From NCBI GenBank assembly GCA_963716875.1, contig CAVQUR010000016.1, forward strand, positions 168,632 to 232,631: a DNA stretch of 64,000 nt, read 5' to 3'. This document shows, one piece after another, positions 21,532 through 30,813 of this stretch; position 1 is the first letter of the stretch, and every line of letters starts with the position of its first letter. A program made the translations under genes and the position numbers. A model generated the notes under the pieces. It worked only from the letters and a program-made list of their open reading frames with translations. It was not told where the DNA came from and did no database searches. Origin of the DNA: an uncultured Gammaproteobacteria bacterium (GTDB taxonomy: Bacteria; Pseudomonadota; Gammaproteobacteria; Chromatiales; Chromatiaceae).

Positions 21532-22482
21532 ATGCTTTCCCGTGTCGCTGAAACCATCTACTGGATGGGCCGTTATCTGGAGCGCGCCGAGAACACGGCG
21601 CGCCTGATCAACGTCAACACCAACCTGATGCTCGACCTGCCCAAGGACATTACACCGGGTTGGGAGCCGCTGATCCGCATCCTCGGTTTTAACAGCGCCT
21701 ATGCCGAGCGGCATGACGAGGTCACCGAACGGCGGGTGGTCAATTTTCTCATCACCGACGAGAGCAATCCCGGTTCGATCCTCTCCAACCTCGCCTTCGC
21801 CCGCGAGAATGCGCGCACCATCCGGGACATTCTGCCGCGGGAGGCCTGGGAGGAGCTCAATGGCTTCTATCATCACGTGGTCGACAGCAAACAGATCAGC
21901 TATGCCCGCCAGGGTCGTCACGAATTTCTGCAACTGATCATCAGCGGTCTGCAGCAGCATGCGGGCCTGCTGGCAGGCACCATGAACCACGACACGGGCT
22001 ATCACTTCCTGAATATGGGGAAGAAGCTGGAACGGGCGGACATGACGACCCGCATCATCAATGTGAAATCGGAAAACCCCATTCCGGAGGATGTCCCGGA
22101 ACTACGGCCCTATGAGGATATGTTGTGGATGAGCATGCTGGAGTGTCTGAGCGCCTATCAGATGTATCGGCAGAGCATGCAGGTGAGGATCAGCCGCATC
22201 GATGTACTGACCTTCCTGTTCCGAAAGGCGGAGTTTCCCCGTTCATTCACCTACTGCATCGAGAACATCACCTACAACCTGTCCTGTCTGCCACACAATG
22301 CCGAACCCCTTGCGATCCTGCAGCATATCAAACGCATGATCGCCGATGCGCCCATGGCGGAAATGGACAACGAACTCCTGCATGTCTTCATCGATCAACT
22401 GCAGATCTGTCTGGGCTATCTGCACAATTCGATCGCTGAAGCCTACTTTCCACCGCCCCTGATGGAAGAGGCGGCGGCATGA
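21532..22482 (+). CDS. alpha-E domain protein (Anbu/ATP-grasp operon partner)
   Basis: 316 aa, intact. MLSRVAETIYWMGRYLERAENTARL is the hallmark N-terminus of alpha-E (DUF403) proteins. Directly follows the ATP-grasp gene. Confidence 0.85.
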   Translation: MLSRVAETIYWMGRYLERAENTARLINVNTNLMLDLPKDITPGWEPLIRILGFNSAYAERHDEVTERRVVNFLITDESNPGSILSNLAFARENARTIRDILPREAWEELNGFYHHVVDSKQISYARQGRHEFLQLIISGLQQHAGLLAGTMNHDTGYHFLNMGKKLERADMTTRIINVKSENPIPEDVPELRPYEDMLWMSMLECLSAYQMYRQSMQVRISRIDVLTFLFRKAEFPRSFTYCIENITYNLSCLPHNAEPLAILQHIKRMIADAPMAEMDNELLHVFIDQLQICLGYLHNSIAEAYFPPPLMEEAAA

Positions 22483-22494
22483 GACATGGGCTGA

Positions 22495-22782
22495 TCGGGC
22501 CCGTTCATCAGCAGGTCAAAATGGCGTGCTCTCATTGGCAGCAACAATTACACAGACTTTAAGAGGATTCGGGTTGAAATCACAGAATTACAATCACCCT
22601 TGGGTCAATTAATCCTGGCGAACAGCATTACCCTGACCCCTGGCACCCTCTCCATCGATGTCAATGACGACGCCAGGCTGCTGATCCACTGGATCGATTG
22701 CCCGCCAGATACCAATCTGGAGCGCGCGACCCAGGCCATCGTCTCCGGTTTCGAGCGACACCTGAAGGGATTCCTCAAATGA
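22495..22782 (+). pseudogene. Mrp/Mnh antiporter subunit E, 5'-truncated remnant
   Basis: Only the C-terminal about 95 codons are present (..LANSITLTPGTLSIDVNDDARLLIHWID..). The frame opens right after the alpha-E stop, with no N-terminal TM part and no start codon other than an internal TTG. Confidence 0.6.
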
Positions 22783-23045
22783 GTCTGAACCTATTGGAAC
22801 AACTCTCTCTGCTGCTGTTGTGTGGCGCTGTGTTATTGGGGCCTGCTGCGCCTGCTGATCGGGCCCAGCGCACCTGATCGGGTGGTCGCAGCGGACTCCC
22901 CTGTCCGTCATCACCACCATCTGGCTGGTGGTGATCGCGGCGATCTATAGCAGCCCGCTCTACCTGGACGTTGCACTGATCTATGGCACCCTGGCATTTG
23001 TCGGAGTGGTGGCCATTGCGCGCCATCGAGGGGGGCCGAACATGA
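22779..23045 (+). pseudogene. Mrp/Mnh antiporter subunit F, about 3 frameshifts
   Basis: ATG overlaps the MrpE stop (ATGA). MSLNLLEQLSLLLLCGAVLLG / LLRLLIGPSAPDRVVAADS / LSVITTIWLVVIAAIYSSPLYLDVALIYGTLAFVGVVAIARH are read in three frames. The natural stop is probably the TGA overlapping the MrpG ATG. Confidence 0.55.
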
Positions 23046-23356
23046 GAATTGCGGCGGACATCCTGCTGCTCATGGGTTCGGTCTTTACCTTCCTTGGCGC
23101 CCTGGGTCTGCTGCGCATGCCCGATCCCTACAACCGGATCCAGGCGGGCACCAAGGCAGTAACCCTGGGCGCTATGGCGATTATGTTGGGTATCGGCCTG
23201 CTGTTCCCCCAATGGTGGGGTAAGCTGCTGGTGATCGCCGGTTTTATCCTGTTCACCAATCCGGCGGGATCATCCACCCTTGCCAGGGCCATGCTGATCG
23301 CTGGCGTCAAACCCTGGCAGCAGTCTCCCAAAACAACCGGCGAGGAACTCAAATAA
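23042..23356 (+). CDS. Mrp/Mnh antiporter subunit G
   Basis: 104 aa. MRIAADILLLMGSVFTFLGALGLLRMPDPYNRIQAGTKAVTLG is the conserved MnhG N-terminus. The frame is intact. Confidence 0.7.
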   Translation: MRIAADILLLMGSVFTFLGALGLLRMPDPYNRIQAGTKAVTLGAMAIMLGIGLLFPQWWGKLLVIAGFILFTNPAGSSTLARAMLIAGVKPWQQSPKTTGEELK

Positions 23357-23525
23357 TGGTCCCAATGGAAACCTGGTTTGCCCTGCTGATGGTGCTGGTG
23401 ATGTTGGCGTCTGCCATGGCTATGCTGATCGTTCAAAACCATATCGCGGCGGTCGCCGCCACCTCCGTCGTTTCCCTGGGTCTTTCTGTCATCTTTGTCA
23501 TGCTGCGAGCGCCAGACGTGGCGAT
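23356..23525 (+). pseudogene. MbhD/MrpB-like (DUF4040) subunit, 3'-truncated fragment
   Basis: Start overlaps the MrpG stop. About 55 hydrophobic codons end at ..VIFVMLRAPDVAM, then homology stops abruptly. Confidence 0.45.
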
Positions 23526-23687
23526 GGACGCAAACATGCCGCCATGGAACAGTACCGCGCCCTGTCCGAAAGCACGGCACCCGGTCCGATTCAGGCGTTG
23601 TTCGCATTTCTGGCCAACGAGGAGACCCAGCACAAGGCCGAGCTGAAAAAAACCTATTACGAGGTGGTCTACAGCGGTGGGGTTTGA
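23526..23687 (+). pseudogene. rubrerythrin/ferritin-like protein, C-terminal remnant
   Basis: A frame without a start reads ..HAAMEQYRALSESTAPGPIQALFAFLANEETQHKAELKKTYYEVVYSGGV*. The ExxH helix is typical of the ferritin-like diiron fold. Fused to the Mrp fragment by an apparent deletion. Confidence 0.4.
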
Positions 23688-23703
23688 CTCAAAAAACGTT
23701 ATT

Positions 23704-24165
23704 TCAGTTTATGATACGCAGTATCTCAGGTGAAACCTTAGATGCTTTCAGACGACCGGGCCGCAGCGGACCGGATATCGTCACCGATTCCGCCACCAGG
23801 TTTGGCCGGCGCCGATCCCGTTTACGACGGTTATCGGACGACTCCCCAGCCGCCTCGCCGCCTCGCCGATCCCGCAAGGGGGAGCGCTGGTAGTACTTGC
23901 GCACCTCCACCGTTTTCCCTCGCAGCGGGGTTCGGTCGAGCCTGCGAATGGCCGCTACCGCCCCTTTGGCGGGTTCGATATCGACGATACCGTGATATTC
24001 AACAGAACCTGTCGCCCGATTCACCAGTTTTCTGATCTCTGCCGTATGAATCTTGCTATGGCTAAAAAACAGACTGCGCCACGGAGAATGCATGGCTTTT
24101 TCGACGAACTTGCGTAACTCTCCTTGGGTAACCGATTCGGGCAGTAATCGAATAAATATCAACAT
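23704..24165 (-). CDS. RRM-type RNA-binding protein with Arg-rich C-terminal tail
   Basis: 153 aa. IFIRLLPESVTQGELRKFV (RNP2-like) and YHGIVDIEP (RNP1-like), ..LRGKTVEVRKY, followed by an RRGGEAAGESSDNRRKRDRRR tail. Confidence 0.55.
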   Translation of the reverse strand: MLIFIRLLPESVTQGELRKFVEKAMHSPWRSLFFSHSKIHTAEIRKLVNRATGSVEYHGIVDIEPAKGAVAAIRRLDRTPLRGKTVEVRKYYQRSPLRDRRGGEAAGESSDNRRKRDRRRPNLVAESVTISGPLRPGRLKASKVSPEILRIIN

Positions 24166-24350
24166 TTGGAGGTGTCTACCTTGGTCATCTATCCATCCCA
24201 GAACAGTTCTTAGGCTCCGTATTTATCGATAAAGCAAATTTAATGCCAGCTACGTTATCTTCCCAGGCTTCCAATGAGTTACTCAGAGATAAGAATGACA
24301 TGCCGGAAAAAACGTAAAGAATTCCGACACAAAAGTTCACAATCGTCGTT

Positions 24351-24704
24351 TCAGATCAGGAGAAAAAACGCCACTGCCGCGGCCGTGACCAGACTGACCG
24401 TGGTGGGTAATGTCACCAGCATAACCCCGGCCCCCAGCATCAGATAGGCGGTCTCCACCACCAGGATGGCCATCGCGATGCCCAAGGCCCGCTGCGTCGG
24501 GATCCAGCGGGTGATACCGGCCAGCGAAATGAAAGCCAGACCCAGTAACGCAGCCCCCATCATCCCGGCAAAGGCATGGTTCACCGGCTCCGTGCTGAAC
24601 AGGGGAGTGATGCTTTCCGGTGCGACAATCAGGATCACCCCCCAGGCACTCAGCATGATGATGGCCAGACCCAGGGCGAATCGTTGAAAAATCTCCTTTG
24701 GCAT
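24351..24704 (-). CDS. small integral membrane protein, unknown function
   Basis: 117 aa with about four hydrophobic helices. No motif recognised. Confidence 0.5.
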   Translation of the reverse strand: MPKEIFQRFALGLAIIMLSAWGVILIVAPESITPLFSTEPVNHAFAGMMGAALLGLAFISLAGITRWIPTQRALGIAMAILVVETAYLMLGAGVMLVTLPTTVSLVTAAAVAFFLLI

Positions 24705-24820
24705 GATTGCTCCTCATTCTTTATTGTGGGTAAAAATATAGATGATAACTTACGACAAGAAAAGAGATTTTTAGGCTCAGGCAGCAAAACACAGCGGGCT
24801 CGGGCGAAGCGCGCGGCACC

Positions 24821-24878
24821 TTTACAGTTCTCAAAATGTTCTATACTCTAGCCATCAGCCATGAGAACATTTTGAAAA
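24821..24878 (+). promoter_or_regulatory. lexA promoter with two inverted copies of a 15-bp GTTC-N7-GTTC-type operator
   Basis: TTTACA (24821-26) - GTTCTCAAAATGTTC (24827-41) - TATACT (24842-47). A second copy, GAACATTTTGAAAAC (24864-78), is the reverse complement with 14/15 identity and ends 10 nt before the lexA ATG. Confidence 0.55.
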
Positions 24879-24887
24879 CTTTATCAG

Positions 24888-25486
24888 ATGCTCACCGCCA
24901 CCCAACACAAGGCCCTCGACTTCATCCGGCAGTATCTGGCCAGCCAGGGTTACGCTCCCTCCCTCGAAGAGATTGCGGCAGGTATCGGTATTCGCTCCAA
25001 AGGCACCGCCCATCGCCATGTGCAGGCGCTGGCGGAGGCCGGTTATCTGCGCCTGATCCCGGGACGCAAGCGGGGCATCGAACTCACCGACGAGCCACCG
25101 GGCGCCACCCTGAAACTGCCCCTGCTGGGCCGCATCGCCGCCGGCCGGCCGATCGAGGCGATCCCGGAGCAGGAGAGCCTCAATCTCGCCGACTATCTGC
25201 TCGGCCCCGATCGCTACGCCCTGCAGGTCAAGGGAGACTCCATGATCGAGGCGGGCATCCTGGACGGCGACCTGATCATCGTGAAGCGCCAGGAGACCGC
25301 GCAGGAGAACGAGATCGTGGTGGCCCTGATCGATGGCGAGGAGGCCACCCTCAAGCGTCTGCAACACCGCCCGGACGGCAGATCCTGCTGCTCGCCGCCA
25401 ACCCCCGGGTCGCCCCCCTCAGCTACCCCGCCGAGCGGGTCCGTATCCAGGGCGTGCTGGTCGGGCAGCTGCGCCGTTACCCATGA
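24888..25486 (+). pseudogene. lexA: LexA repressor, single frameshift near 25377-25382
   Basis: MLTATQHKALDFIRQY.. HTH, cleavage-site region LPLLGRIAAGRPIEA, and Ser protease VKGDSMIEAGI. After ..LKRLQHRPDG the C-terminus (ILLLAANPRVAPLSYPAERVRIQGVLVGQLRRYP*) is in the next frame (ORF 24836-25486). Confidence 0.85.
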
Positions 25487-25631
25487 ACCAGACCTGAGGG
25501 GTGATGAAGATGGGATTGATGCCCGCTTCGTTCCAGGTTTTTCACTTTTCGAATCATCATGAAGTAAACCTGTTTTTTTAATTTTATATTAATTAGTTAA
25601 AAGTATTTCTTGAGGCAAATAATAGAAAATA

Positions 25632-26889
25632 ATGGACCGATCCGATTCACAAAAAGCCTCCACCTGGCCCCGCGCCATCATCCTGGTGGACATGAACGCC
25701 TTCTTCTGCAGCGTTGAGCAGATCGACCACCCGGAGTGGCAGGGCCGTCCCATCGGCGTCACCAACGGCGCCCAGGGCACCTGCATCATCACCTGCTCCT
25801 ACGAGGCCCGCGCCTACGGGGTGCGCACCGGCATGCGCCTCAAAGAGGCGCAGCGCATCTGTCCCGGCTTCATTCAGGTGCCGGCCCACCCGGAGCGCTA
25901 CGCCCGGATCTCCTCGGACATCATGGCGGCGCTCTCCCACATCACCCCGGACCTGGAGATCTTCTCGGTGGACGAGGCCTTTCTGGACGTCACCCATTGC
26001 CAGCGTCTGCTGGGACCGCCGGAACGGATCGCCCGACGGGTCAAACAGACCGTACTGGAGGCCTCCGGCGGGGTGCTCTGCTCGGTGGGGCTGAGCGGCG
26101 ACAAGACCACCGCCAAATATGCCGCCAAGCGACACAAACCCGATGGTCTGACCGTCATCCCGCCGGCCCAGGCCCGCGCCACCCTGGCCCCGCTGCCGGT
26201 CACCGAACTCTGCGGCATCGCCAACGGCATCGGTCGCTTTCTGGCGGAGCGCGGCGTACATACCTGCGGCGACATGCGCCGGCTGCCCATCGGCGAACTG
26301 GGCCGGCGTTTCGGCAACCCCGGGCGGCGTATCTGGCTGATGACCCAGGGGCTCGATCCGGACCCGGTGCACACCGAGGTGGCCGCGCCCAAATCCATCG
26401 GTCACGGCAAGGTGATGCCCCCCAACACCAAGGATCCCGGAGATCATCCAGACCTTTCTGCTGCACATGGCGGAAAAGGTCGCCGCCCGCCTGCGCCTGC
26501 ACCGCTTCCGCGCCAGCCGCTTCTTCATCGGCGTGCGCATCGACGCGGGTTTTCTCGGGCGCAAATACCGCTGCAATCCGCCCACCGATCACGCCCCCGA
26601 TATCGTGCGCCTGTGCGATCATTTCATGGGCGAGGTGTGGGCCGGCCAGGGCTGCCACCAGGTGCAGATCACCGCCCTGGACCCGGCGCCTGCCGGGCTG
26701 CAAATGGACTTCCTGGAGCCGCAGCGCGAGCGCCAGGACCGGCTCAACCAGGCCATGGACGCGGTCAACCGGCGCTACGGCGAATTCACCCTGGCGCCGA
26801 CCCGCCTGCTCGCCCGCTCGCGCATGCCCAACGTCATCGCGCCGGCCTGGAAGCCGTTCGGCCATCGTGAAACCATTTTGCAGCGATAA
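25632..26889 (+). pseudogene. dinB: Y-family DNA polymerase IV (DinB-like), single frameshift near 26440-26450
   Basis: ILVDMNAFFCSVEQ, SVDEAFLDVT, GLSGDKTTAKYAAK motifs. After ..PPNTKDP the sequence EIIQTFLLHMAEKVAARLR.. continues in ORF 26467-26889. Confidence 0.85.
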
Positions 26890-26893
26890 TACC

Positions 26894-27317
26894 ATGTGCG
26901 GCGGCGTCTACTACCTGATCGACGGCCAGGAGGTCAGGACCTACTTCCCCAACCCCAAGGCCTGCCTGCCGGTGAGGAAAAAACACGGCGGCGTGGAATT
27001 GCTGCCCTGGGGACGGCGCAAGAACCAGGCCGGCCAGCCTGCCCCTGGGGGGCTGGGCCCGGCTCGACTCGATCTATGCCGGACGCTGGGACAAATGGCT
27101 GCCGACCCCGGTGAAGATCACCGTCTCCCAGTTCATGGAGAAGGACATCGAAGGCAACAGCCACTGGTTCGACGTCACCCCCGGCAAGTGGATCCAGGGC
27201 CTGGTGGCGCACTGGGATCACGAGCGGCGCCTCTATGTGGTCACCATCACCCCGGAGCTGGAGGATGCGGTGCACGACCGCTGGCCGCGCATCCTCAGTT
27301 CAAAGCGCGCTTTTTAG
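26894..27317 (+). pseudogene. short SRAP-like (SOS-response-associated peptidase-like) protein with N-terminal Met-Cys, one frameshift near 27035-27045
   Basis: Starts MCGGVYYLIDG.. (Cys2 as in SRAP/YedK). ..LLPWGRRKNQAGQ in one frame continues LPLGGWARLDSIYAGRWDKWLPTPVKITVSQFMEKD..HWFDV in ORF 27111-27317. At about 140 aa it is shorter than canonical SRAP, so the assignment is tentative. Confidence 0.45.
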
Positions 27318-27335
27318 GCCGGTCAGGATGTTCGC

Positions 27336-27900
27336 TTAGCCTGTGAAGGCGCGCGGCGAATTCAGATAGGCGATCTCCGCAGGAGTGCTCGGCCTGCCCA
27401 GGATCGCATTGCGGTGCGGAAAACGGCCGAACTGCTCGATGATCTTTTGGTGATGCCGGGCAAACTTAAGATTCTCCTCCAGACCGGGCTGGTCGAACAG
27501 CCGGATCGAGAGCGCCTGATGCACGCCGTTCTCGCTGTGCATCAGCGGCATGTACAGAAAAGAGCCGCTTGCCTACCTCGAGTTGCTTATCCAGGCCATG
27601 GGCTACCGCATGCAAGGTCACCTCGATCGCCTTAGCTTCCGTGCTGAAGCTTGCAGGCGTGCCGCGAAACATATTCAGAGGGAACTGATCCAGCAGAATC
27701 GCCAGCGCCAGGCTCCCCTTGGGCGTGGCGCGCCACGCGTCCAGTTCACCCTTGGCCGCCTGCTCCCACAGCGCGGCGTAGCGCTGTTTGATTTCCCTGT
27801 CCAGCGCCGGGGTCGAGGCAAACCAGTGCTGCTGCAGGCGTGCGGAGAACCAGTAATCGAGGACATCCTCAGGGGCCCATTGACGCGTATGCGCATGCAT
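27336..27900 (-). pseudogene. DUF924-family protein, one frameshift near 27552-27562
   Basis: ORF 27466-27900 (VLDYWF...LILLDQFPRN-like LAILLDQFPLNMFRG) joins ORF 27336-27551 (YMPLMHSE..HHQKIIEQFGRFPHRNAILGR). Confidence 0.75.
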
Positions 27901-27920
27901 TGTTCCGCCGGCGAAGATCT

Positions 27921-28529
27921 TCAGGGGGTTTCCGCGAACAGGTAACGCAGGCCCTCCAGCATGATCGAGGGAGCGGTTTGATGGGGAAATACGAAGCGCA
28001 GATTGCCCTGTTTATCGATCAGATAGGTGGCGGACGAATGGTTGACCGAATAGCCGAAAGCGGAATCCTTTAGCTCCGCTTCGTTGTATTGCACGCCATA
28101 CAGCTTGGCCACCGCCGCGATCTCGGCCGCGGTGCCGGTCAGGCCGATGAAATTCTCGTGGAAATAGCCCACATAATCGGCCAGCGTCTGCACGCTTGTC
28201 GCGTTTGGGATCGACGCTGATGAAGAGGCTCGACGACCTGCTGCAGCTCGTCTTGAGAGAGTTCATGCAGAGTCTGGGTGATGTACGCAAGTGAAGTCGG
28301 ACAGACATCGGGGCACTTGGTATAACCGAAATAGAGCATCAGCACCTTGCCGCGCAGATCCCGGGTGGCAACCGGTCCCTGCAGGGACTGCAGGGTGAAG
28401 TCGCCACCGGTCGGCGCCGCCATCTGCTCCAGGATCTCATCCTGTTGTTGGGGCATCCCCCCCGCGGCGAGGGCAGTGAATGCCCAGCCAAGAGCAAGCA
28501 ACAAACCGCACAGAAATCCGTCCTAACAT
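27921..28529 (-). pseudogene. SCO1/SenC copper chaperone, about 3 frameshifts (about 28520, about 28225, about 28193)
   Basis: MLGR / [39 protein letters not shown] (CxxxC) ..QQVVEPL / FISVDPKRD / [37 protein letters not shown], read across three frames. Confidence 0.8.
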
Positions 28530-28757
28530 CTCGTCTGTCTCCAATATTCGATGAGTCAGCGCCCACCCAACGCACGTACAGGTATGCCGCCCGGCGCCGC
28601 AAGGCTGTTGCAATCTTAACCCAAAACCGACCGCCGGCCTAAGCCTCCCAATCCCATCGATCCTGGGATAAATTGAACGCTCACGAGGCGCGATCTCTAC
28701 CCGGATTGGCCTTTCGTTTATAATCACACCGTGCCAACTTTTCCTCGGAAGTTCACT

Positions 28758-30151
28758 ATGCCTCTTACCAGCGCCCGCAAGCTCCTCGACGACTCCATCC
28801 TGTATTACCGCGGCCAACCGGTCGGCACCACCGCCGCCTGTGACCCGAATCCGGTAGCCGCCAACTACGCGGAGTGCTTCGTGCGGGACTTCGTGCCCTC
28901 GGCCCTGGTGTTTCTGATGCGCGGTGAGGTCGACGATCGTGCGCAATTTTCTCGCCACCGTGATGCAGCTGCGGGGTCAACAGCCGGTGCTGAAGGGCCA
29001 CAGCCGTTCGCGCGGTCTGATGCCCGCCAGCTTCAAGGTCAGTACCGAGCATGGTGAAGAGACCCTGGAGGCGGATTTCGGCGAGCGCGCCATCGGCCGG
29101 GTGATCCCGGTGGATTCCGCCATGTGGTGGATGTTTCTGCTGCGCGCCTATGTAGCGACCACGGGCGACTGGGATTATGTCAAAGACACCGAGGTTCAGA
29201 CCTGCATGCGGGAGATCCTCGACCTCTATCTGCGCGAGCGCTTCGAATCCGCGCCCTACCCTGCTGGTGCCGGACGGTTCGTTCATGATCGACCGGCGCA
29301 TGGGGGTCTACGGCTACCCGCTGGAGATCCAGGCCCTGTTCTACGGCATGCTGCTGAGCGCGCGCCAGCTGCTCAGCTGCAGCGGCAAGGAGACTCGCGC
29401 TGCTTGGAAAATCTCGATCTGCGCATCCGCAGTCTGCGCGTCTATGTGCGCCGCCATTACTGGGTGGATCGCACCCGGCTCAACGAGATCCATCGCTTCA
29501 AGGCGGAGGAGTTCGGCATCGACGCGATCAATGAACTCAACGTCTATCCGGAGAGCATCCCGGACTGGATGGACGGCTGGCTCGATATGCATGCGGGCTA
29601 TCTGGCGGGCAACCAGGGGCCGGGACGGGTCGACTTCCGTTTCTTCACCCAGGGCAATCTGCTGGCCATCCTGTTCGACCTGGCCACTCCCGGAAGAGTC
29701 CCAGGGCATCATGAACCTGTTCGAACTCCACTGGGACCGGCTCATGGGCGAGATGCCGGTAAAGATCGTCTACCCGGCCATCACCGGCAAAGAGTGGCTG
29801 TTGTCGACCGGCAGCGATCCGAAGAACGTGGCCTGGTCCTACCACAACGGCGGCAACTGGCCGGTGCTGATCTGGCCCTTCGTCGGCGCGGCGCTGCGCA
29901 CTCGCCGCAGTGATCTGGCGGAACGGGCTCTGCAGCTGGTCGGTGCACGCATCGAGGCGGATGTCTGGCCGGAATACTATGACGGTAAACACGGCGGTTT
30001 GATCGGACGGCGCGCCAACTTCTACCAGGTCTGGTCCGCCACCGGTTACCTGGTGGCCCGGGAGATCCTGGAGAACGCAGACAGCCGCGCCCTGTTCGAC
30101 CACTGCACCCGGGTGGATCTGGACAGCATCCACTGTCCGGATCTGCCCTAG
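28758..30151 (+). pseudogene. alkaline/neutral invertase (GH100), about 4 frameshifts (about 28933, about 29258, about 29380, about 29691)
   Basis: [34 protein letters not shown] / [25 protein letters not shown] / TLLVPDGSFMIDRRMGVYGYPLEIQALFY / RSLRVYVRRHYWVD..RFFTQGNLLAILFDLATP / EESQGIMNLFELHW..SYHNGGNWPVLIWPF. Alternates between frames 0/1/2 of the three listed ORFs. Confidence 0.8.
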
Positions 30152-30163
30152 TCCGCCGTACTT

Positions 30164-30781
30164 ATGCCCACGCTCTACTATGTCCACGATCCCATGTGCA
30201 GCTGGTGCTGGGCCTTCCGCCCCACCCTGCTGACCCTGCGAAAGGCGCTGCCAGTCGGGATTGAATTCAAGCAGCTGCTGGGCGGGCTGGCCCGGGACAC
30301 CGACCAGCCGATGGACACCACCATGCAGCAGCAGCTGCAGGACACCTGGCGGCGCATCCAACAGAAACTCCCGGACACCCAATTTAATTTCGATTTCTGG
30401 CGTCTGACCCGACCGCGCCGCGCCACCTATCCGGCCTGCCGGGCGGTGCTCGCCGCCCGTCAGCTCGACCCGGCGGCTGAGAACCCCATGATCCTGGGCA
30501 TCCAGCGGGCCTACTATCTACAGGCCCAGAACCCCTCCGACGATACAGTGCTGATCCGCCTGGCGACCGACCTCGGCCTGCCCGGTGAGCGCTTCGTTGA
30601 ACTGTTGAACAGCCCGCAGACCCAATGGCTGCTGGATGAGGAGATCGAGCAGGCCCGCAACATGGGGGCCCACAGCTTCCCCTCGCTGGTGCTGCAACAG
30701 GGCATGGGATACTGGCCGATCCCGGTGGACTATCACAGCACCGACACTATCCTGGAGACCCTGGCGCTGATACTCGATTGA
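30164..30781 (+). CDS. DsbA-family thioredoxin-fold protein
   Basis: 205 aa, intact. N-terminal YYVHDPMCSWCWAF (CxxC). Confidence 0.75.
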   Translation: MPTLYYVHDPMCSWCWAFRPTLLTLRKALPVGIEFKQLLGGLARDTDQPMDTTMQQQLQDTWRRIQQKLPDTQFNFDFWRLTRPRRATYPACRAVLAARQLDPAAENPMILGIQRAYYLQAQNPSDDTVLIRLATDLGLPGERFVELLNSPQTQWLLDEEIEQARNMGAHSFPSLVLQQGMGYWPIPVDYHSTDTILETLALILD

Positions 30782-30813
30782 CTTCGTGGGGATTGCGGGT
30801 AACACTCCGCGCC

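Noticed and set aside
24199-24209. Palindrome AGAACAGTTCT upstream of the RRM-protein gene, as another LexA-type site.
   Set aside because: It has only 5-bp arms with a 1-nt spacer and does not match the 15-mer found at the lexA promoter. It is likely a chance occurrence.
25736-27346. 536-aa Pro/Arg/Gly-rich ORF spanning dinB and the following gene.
   Set aside because: This is an out-of-frame read-through of dinB. Only its short stretch starting MCGGVYY.. (from 26894) coincides with a plausible gene.
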